This document shows, one piece after another, positions 59,301 to 64,000 of a stretch of DNA of 64,000 bases. Under the pieces are notes generated by a model that did no database searches, had not been told where the DNA came from, and worked only from the letters and a program-made list of their open reading frames with translations. The translations under genes were made by a program, and so were the position numbers. Position 1 is the first letter of the stretch. The number at the start of each line of letters is the position of its first letter. Origin of the DNA: an uncultured Pseudomonadales bacterium (GTDB taxonomy: Bacteria; Patescibacteriota; Microgenomatia; UBA1400; PJMF01); NCBI GenBank assembly GCA_964393205.1, contig CAYMSV010000002.1:96843-160842 (forward strand), in the 5' to 3' direction.

Positions 59301-60614
59301 ATGATTAACTGCCCAAAAATTAAAGATATTAGAAATAAAAAAATCTTAGTCAGGGTTGACTTCAATGTCCCCTTAAAGTTAGTTGCAGGTAAAGCTGGAA
59401 ATAAAAATGCAGTTTGGAGAGTAGCTGATAGTGACAGAATCAGTAGTGCTCTGGAAACTATCAATTTTTTAATCGATCATAAGGCAAAAGTAGTTTTAAT
59501 TTCACATCTCGGCAGAGCTGAAGGTAAAAAAAATCATGATTTGAGTTTATTACCAGTGGCCAAATTTTTGAAAAATAATTTAGATTTACCTGTTGAATTC
59601 GTTGACGATTGTGTGGGTTTAAAAGTTGCAGAAAAATCAAAAAAATTAGTCAGTGGCCAAGCCTTATTATTAGAAAATCTGCGTTTTTACCCTGGAGAAG
59701 AAGTAAATGATCTGAATTTTACCAAACAACTAATTAAAGACAGTGGGGCTGAAATATTTATTAATGAAGCTTTTAGTGCTAGTCATCGAGCCCATGCTAG
59801 CGTAGTTGGCTTGGCTAAGCGCTTACCTAGTTACGCTGGTTTTAATTTAAAACGAGAAGTTGAACATTTCAATAAAGCTCTAGAAAATATTAAGCGACCA
59901 CTAATTTTAGTGATGGGTGGCGCTAAAATTTCTGACAAAGTAGCTACTATGCAAAATTTATCTCGCTTAGCAGATGTTGTTTTGGTAGGAGGTGGGATTG
60001 CCAATGCCATGCTTCGAGCCGGAGGAATTGAAACCCATCGCTCTTTCATTGGCGCAAACGAAGAAAAAGAACCAGATGAAGTTAAAAAAATTATGAATAT
60101 GGCAAAAGAAATATTAGTTGAACATGCTACAGAACGAGTTTTGTTTGAAGAGCTTGGCAAAGATCGTAAAAATCTACCGCTTCCTAAAATTGTTTTACCA
60201 ATCGATGTATTAGCAGCTAAAAATGCAAAGGCTACAAAAACTGAAAAAATCACTTTGCTATCAGATGTTGCAGACACTGACAATGATCGCGATATTAAAT
60301 ATTTAGATATTGGTCCAGAAACTATTAGACTCTATCGCTATATTCTAAAAGAAGCAAAAACTATTGTTTGGAATGGTCCAATGGGTGTATTCGAAAATCC
60401 TAATTTTGCTCGTGGCAGTCGAGAGATTGCGCGCGCGATTGCGCGCGCTACTCAAAAAGGCGCTATTTCTCTAGTAGGTGGTGGAGAAAGCAATAGTGTT
60501 ATTAATCGAACAGGATTACACGAACAGTTTACTCATATATCTACTGCTGGTGGAGCTGCGCTAGAATTTTTGAGCGGTAAAGAGTTGCCTGGAGTTAAAG
60601 AATTAAAAAAATAA
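59301..60614 (+). CDS. pgk: Phosphoglycerate kinase
   Basis: VRVDFNVP, SHLGR, LLENLRF, GGAKISDK, WNGPMGVFE and HISTAGGAALEFLSGKELPG. Confidence 0.97.
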   Translation: MINCPKIKDIRNKKILVRVDFNVPLKLVAGKAGNKNAVWRVADSDRISSALETINFLIDHKAKVVLISHLGRAEGKKNHDLSLLPVAKFLKNNLDLPVEFVDDCVGLKVAEKSKKLVSGQALLLENLRFYPGEEVNDLNFTKQLIKDSGAEIFINEAFSASHRAHASVVGLAKRLPSYAGFNLKREVEHFNKALENIKRPLILVMGGAKISDKVATMQNLSRLADVVLVGGGIANAMLRAGGIETHRSFIGANEEKEPDEVKKIMNMAKEILVEHATERVLFEELGKDRKNLPLPKIVLPIDVLAAKNAKATKTEKITLLSDVADTDNDRDIKYLDIGPETIRLYRYILKEAKTIVWNGPMGVFENPNFARGSREIARAIARATQKGAISLVGGGESNSVINRTGLHEQFTHISTAGGAALEFLSGKELPGVKELKK

Positions 60615-60624
60615 TTTTGATATT

Positions 60625-62796
60625 TTAAAAAGAATACCGTTCATCTAATTTTTGTAAAATAATTTTCTTTTGCTTATCATCTAAACCAACTTCTAAATGA
60701 CCTGTTAAATAACCCTTAACACCTGCTTCTTTATCAAGCATTGCTTTTACTAATTGTTCAAACTTTAATAGCTGATTTTCTTCAAAAAGATTAGTTGTCA
60801 CTTGTCTATACAAAAATAAATAATGATGATAGTCGCCACTTTCTTTGGCTGAAAAATCTTTAAAATTTAAAAAAAAGTGACTTAATTGATCTAAATTGTT
60901 TTCATCTAAAAAAACTGCTCGCTCTTTAAAGAATATATAAGAATCAAAAAAATATGCTGACTGATAAAAATAGCTAGCTCTCGACCAATCACCTTGCAAA
61001 TAAGCATTTTGTGCTAAATTATAAATTTGCCTCGCTAAATCTATTTGTTGTTTGTAGCTAATAAAATAGTAATCATTAAACATTTTATAGTCTCTTTTGA
61101 TTTCAAATAGCTTCTTCAAGAGAATCTCTGAATCTTGTAGAGACATATCTTTGAAATTAACTTGATTTACAAAAGCCACTGGATCTATCTTAGCCAAATC
61201 TAAATATAAATCTTTCTTTCTTGATTTATCTAAATCTTGCAAATTTAAAAAACGAGTAATAAATTCGCCATCATAACGATACCAACTGTACAGATTCTCA
61301 TAATTAACAGAGTTAATTGCTGAATCATTCATTGGAGCTTTGGCTGCAAAATTAAGAAATGGTGTAAATTTTAACCAAAGCTCAGGTTTCTTTGACTGCC
61401 AATAAACTGTCAAAAGATCAGCAAGCACTAAAGAAACAGTAACAAAAAATAAAAATGATAAATAAAAAAACCACAACTTGTTTGATTTTTTTTGAGCATG
61501 ATTTTTAACATCACCTGACAAAATAAGAGCCAAAAATATAAGTGTCAATAAAAAAATAATAAAAAAATTCCAATCAAAATCTAGCATTGCATTTATTAAA
61601 GAACTAATAGCAGCCAAATAAAGAAAATTATTTAAAGATTTTTTTGAGTCTAAAACTAGACTTCCAGCTTGATAGAAAATAAACAAACTAAAGAGAATAA
61701 AACTTCCTCCACCGATAACACCCATCTCTGCCAAATTATGAAAAAAAATGTTATGTGCATAAGCGCTATGAGTTTCATTAGCTATTGGAAAACGACGAGA
61801 TACATATTTAAAAGAACCTAAACCATAACCAACAAGTGGATAGTTTTTAAAACTCAACCAAGCTTGTCTCCAATAAAAAAACCGACTGTTCTCACTTACT
61901 GAAATACACAAATCCTTACGATATAAACGCAAAGGACACTTACGCTCATCATTAATGAGTAATGGCAAAGACAAAAGTAAAAAAATCAAGGCAGCTGATA
62001 AAAAACTCAAGACGATACTTTTAATTAAAAAGTAAAAAATTTTATTTTTACGTAACTTATAAAAATCCTTTTTGAGTAATAAAAAAATAATAAAAAATTG
62101 CACAATACTAATAAACAAAGCCCAACGAGATAAACTAATCAATAATAAAAAATAAGAACTAATTAATAAAAAAATATCAAAAAATGATTTAAGTTTATTT
62201 TTAAAAAAATAAGAAGAATTTTTTTTGAATAAATGCCACCAAACTAGAGGTAAAAGTAAAAGTAAAAAAGCTGCGTAATGATTGTGGCCATAGCTCCTAA
62301 CTAATAAGTTCATTCCTTGAAAAAAATCTTGTGAATTGCTGACAAAACTCAAAACAATAACCAAAATATTCAATATGAAAGTAAGTAATAAAAGATATTC
62401 AACAAACAGTTGGGCCTTAAAATACTTATTTTTAAGTTTTAAAACGAATAGAAAAATACTAATAGCTGTTAAATAAAACAAATATTTTTCCAAAGAAAGA
62501 GGTTTGTGGTGAGAAAAAATGCTGCTGACAAAGGCTAGTAATAAGAAACAACAACTTAAAACACAAGTTTTATCTAAAAAAATTTCTTTTATTTTTAGTG
62601 AAAAAACACTATTTTTATCTGAATTTGAAGACTTTAATATCACTTTCTTGTCTTTTTTTACAAAAGTATAAGTTAGCAGGAATAATGACCACAAGGCAAA
62701 TAAATAGAATTTGTATTCTGTTTCCATCAAAAAAAGAGACAACAGAGCAAGCGTTGAAAAAAATGGATAAAAGTATTTAAACAAAAAATTAGTCAT
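60625..62796 (-). CDS. O-antigen ligase/O-oligosaccharyltransferase-like protein (paralog of 32498-34852)
   Basis: YGHNHYA, SLSRWA, R..YWRQA...YPLVGYGLGSF, AHNIFFHNLAEMG and DFDW. Confidence 0.85.
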   Translation of the reverse strand: MTNFLFKYFYPFFSTLALLSLFLMETEYKFYLFALWSLFLLTYTFVKKDKKVILKSSNSDKNSVFSLKIKEIFLDKTCVLSCCFLLLAFVSSIFSHHKPLSLEKYLFYLTAISIFLFVLKLKNKYFKAQLFVEYLLLLTFILNILVIVLSFVSNSQDFFQGMNLLVRSYGHNHYAAFLLLLLPLVWWHLFKKNSSYFFKNKLKSFFDIFLLISSYFLLLISLSRWALFISIVQFFIIFLLLKKDFYKLRKNKIFYFLIKSIVLSFLSAALIFLLLSLPLLINDERKCPLRLYRKDLCISVSENSRFFYWRQAWLSFKNYPLVGYGLGSFKYVSRRFPIANETHSAYAHNIFFHNLAEMGVIGGGSFILFSLFIFYQAGSLVLDSKKSLNNFLYLAAISSLINAMLDFDWNFFIIFLLTLIFLALILSGDVKNHAQKKSNKLWFFYLSFLFFVTVSLVLADLLTVYWQSKKPELWLKFTPFLNFAAKAPMNDSAINSVNYENLYSWYRYDGEFITRFLNLQDLDKSRKKDLYLDLAKIDPVAFVNQVNFKDMSLQDSEILLKKLFEIKRDYKMFNDYYFISYKQQIDLARQIYNLAQNAYLQGDWSRASYFYQSAYFFDSYIFFKERAVFLDENNLDQLSHFFLNFKDFSAKESGDYHHYLFLYRQVTTNLFEENQLLKFEQLVKAMLDKEAGVKGYLTGHLEVGLDDKQKKIILQKLDERYSF

Positions 62797-62843
62797 AAAT
62801 GACTTGTTAGTTATAACTTATTTTATTATAGTTATAGAGTTTA

Positions 62844-64000
62844 ATGAAAATCAAAAATAAAAAAACTTTTAACATCCTTATCTTTTTCATAACTTTCAGT
62901 TTGCAGATTCTACTTATTGCTAGCCTGCTACTAAACTACCTTGTTTTCAACAACACTCTTTCTCAAAATAAAAGTTGGCAAACTACCAAAAATGACTTGT
63001 TTAATCCAGCTTCTGATGGCACAGTTTTTGCTGATCAAACTCAATCACTAGCTACAAATTCACTAAACCTATCCGCTTGGAGAGCTTGGAATGAGGTTTA
63101 TCTGAAAGACATCTTTTCTTGGAAAACATTGTCTTTAATGTTTCTTCCAAATGAAAACTCTTACATTTACGTGATATTTAATAGAACTGAAGAAAATTTT
63201 TCAGCAATCAGGATTAGTTATTCCCCATTTTTTGACAATGCCTTAATAAGTGCTAAATATACTGGAGAGTTTACTAAAATTACGCCTATTTCAATACCAA
63301 ATTTAAATAGTTCTGGATGGCAACAATTATTATTGAAAAAAGACAGTGAGGATGACCAAACTATTGAATTTTGGTATAACGAACAACTCATAGCTAAACA
63401 AACCTTCTCTGAATCTCCTAAAGGAAATGTTGCCTTCAGAGCAGGCAAAGAGCAAATGTTGATTGACAATATTGAAATCAGAAATAACCAGGATCAAATT
63501 ATTTTCAGCGAAAATTTTGATCAATTAGATAAATTTTGGCCTAAATTCTTTTTTCTAATAACAGTAATTATTCTCCTCGATTTAATCATCTGTTTGTTAG
63601 TGAAAAATAGAGAAAAAAAGATTAAACCATTTATTCAAAAAAACTTCAGTTTATGTTTGGTATTTATTTTAATTAATCTAGTTTTTCTATTGTTAAATAA
63701 TCACATAAGAAGTCGTTATCCTCGAGATGATTCTTTTATTAAAAAAATTAGATTTAACGACCGAAAACAAACTAAAATTAATCATGCTGAAAGTAGTCAG
63801 CTTTTAAATAAACATTCAGTAGAATTCGATCAAACAAATATCACTAGAATTATGTTTATTGGTTCTTCTCAAACTAAAGGAGAAGGGAGTAGTTTAGAGG
63901 GTGAAGATTTTGTTTCTCAATTTGCTAGTTTAGTAAAAAAACACAATAAAAATGATGAAAAGAAGTTTGAAGTTATTAATGCTAGTATAGCTGGTTTCCC
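62844..64000 (+). CDS. Membrane protein with C-terminal SGNH domain, truncated at window edge (not in ORF track)
   Basis: The ATG at 62844 (MKIKNKKTFNILIFF...) is in frame with RIMFIGSSQTKGEG...EVINASIAG (SGNH blocks I/II) at the window end. Confidence 0.7.
   Translation, partial: MKIKNKKTFNILIFFITFSLQILLIASLLLNYLVFNNTLSQNKSWQTTKNDLFNPASDGTVFADQTQSLATNSLNLSAWRAWNEVYLKDIFSWKTLSLMFLPNENSYIYVIFNRTEENFSAIRISYSPFFDNALISAKYTGEFTKITPISIPNLNSSGWQQLLLKKDSEDDQTIEFWYNEQLIAKQTFSESPKGNVAFRAGKEQMLIDNIEIRNNQDQIIFSENFDQLDKFWPKFFFLITVIILLDLIICLLVKNREKKIKPFIQKNFSLCLVFILINLVFLLLNNHIRSRYPRDDSFIKKIRFNDRKQTKINHAESSQLLNKHSVEFDQTNITRIMFIGSSQTKGEGSSLEGEDFVSQFASLVKKHNKNDEKKFEVINASIAGF

Noticed and set aside
31362-63524. 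Short ORFs 31362, 38195, 39518, 43036, 43259, 43950, 50216, 52984, 59270, 59831, 62598, 63218, 63330
   Set aside because: They overlap longer motif-bearing genes and show no independent coding signal.

Overview
Low-GC bacterial chromosomal window using standard code 11 (TGA is a stop). Gene content points to a Patescibacteria/CPR genome, probably Microgenomates; this is inferred, not classified. 1-23 kb is mostly core and envelope genes: cmk, an RnlA-like HEPN protein, class A PBP, GH18, an FN3 surface protein, pilO/pilN, murJ, rpsT-lepA, a SurA-like protein, a tRNA-Ala/23S/5S unit with its own promoter and no 16S, a VirB4/HerA-like ATPase and a NagZ-like GH3. 23-64 kb is a large surface-glycan biosynthesis and tailoring region: SGNH paralogs, GT4s, GT-C enzymes, three O-antigen-ligase-like proteins, a carbamoyltransferase, an amidotransferase fusion, a radical SAM enzyme and two Wzm/Wzt pairs, interrupted by rpsA and pgk. 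The most notable signal is at 53.7-59.1 kb. An unannotated 25-aa peptide (MKKYTKPSLKKSKIKINFAFTIVKT) with a YxxPxL RRE-binding leader motif sits behind a near-consensus promoter, just upstream of a standalone PqqD/RRE. It is flanked by a divergent orphan QueC-like enzyme and by a Wzm plus a Wzt ABC ATPase fused to an S26 peptidase. This looks like a RiPP-like peptide modification/export cassette coupled to glycan export machinery. All family calls come from motifs read by eye, with no database searches.
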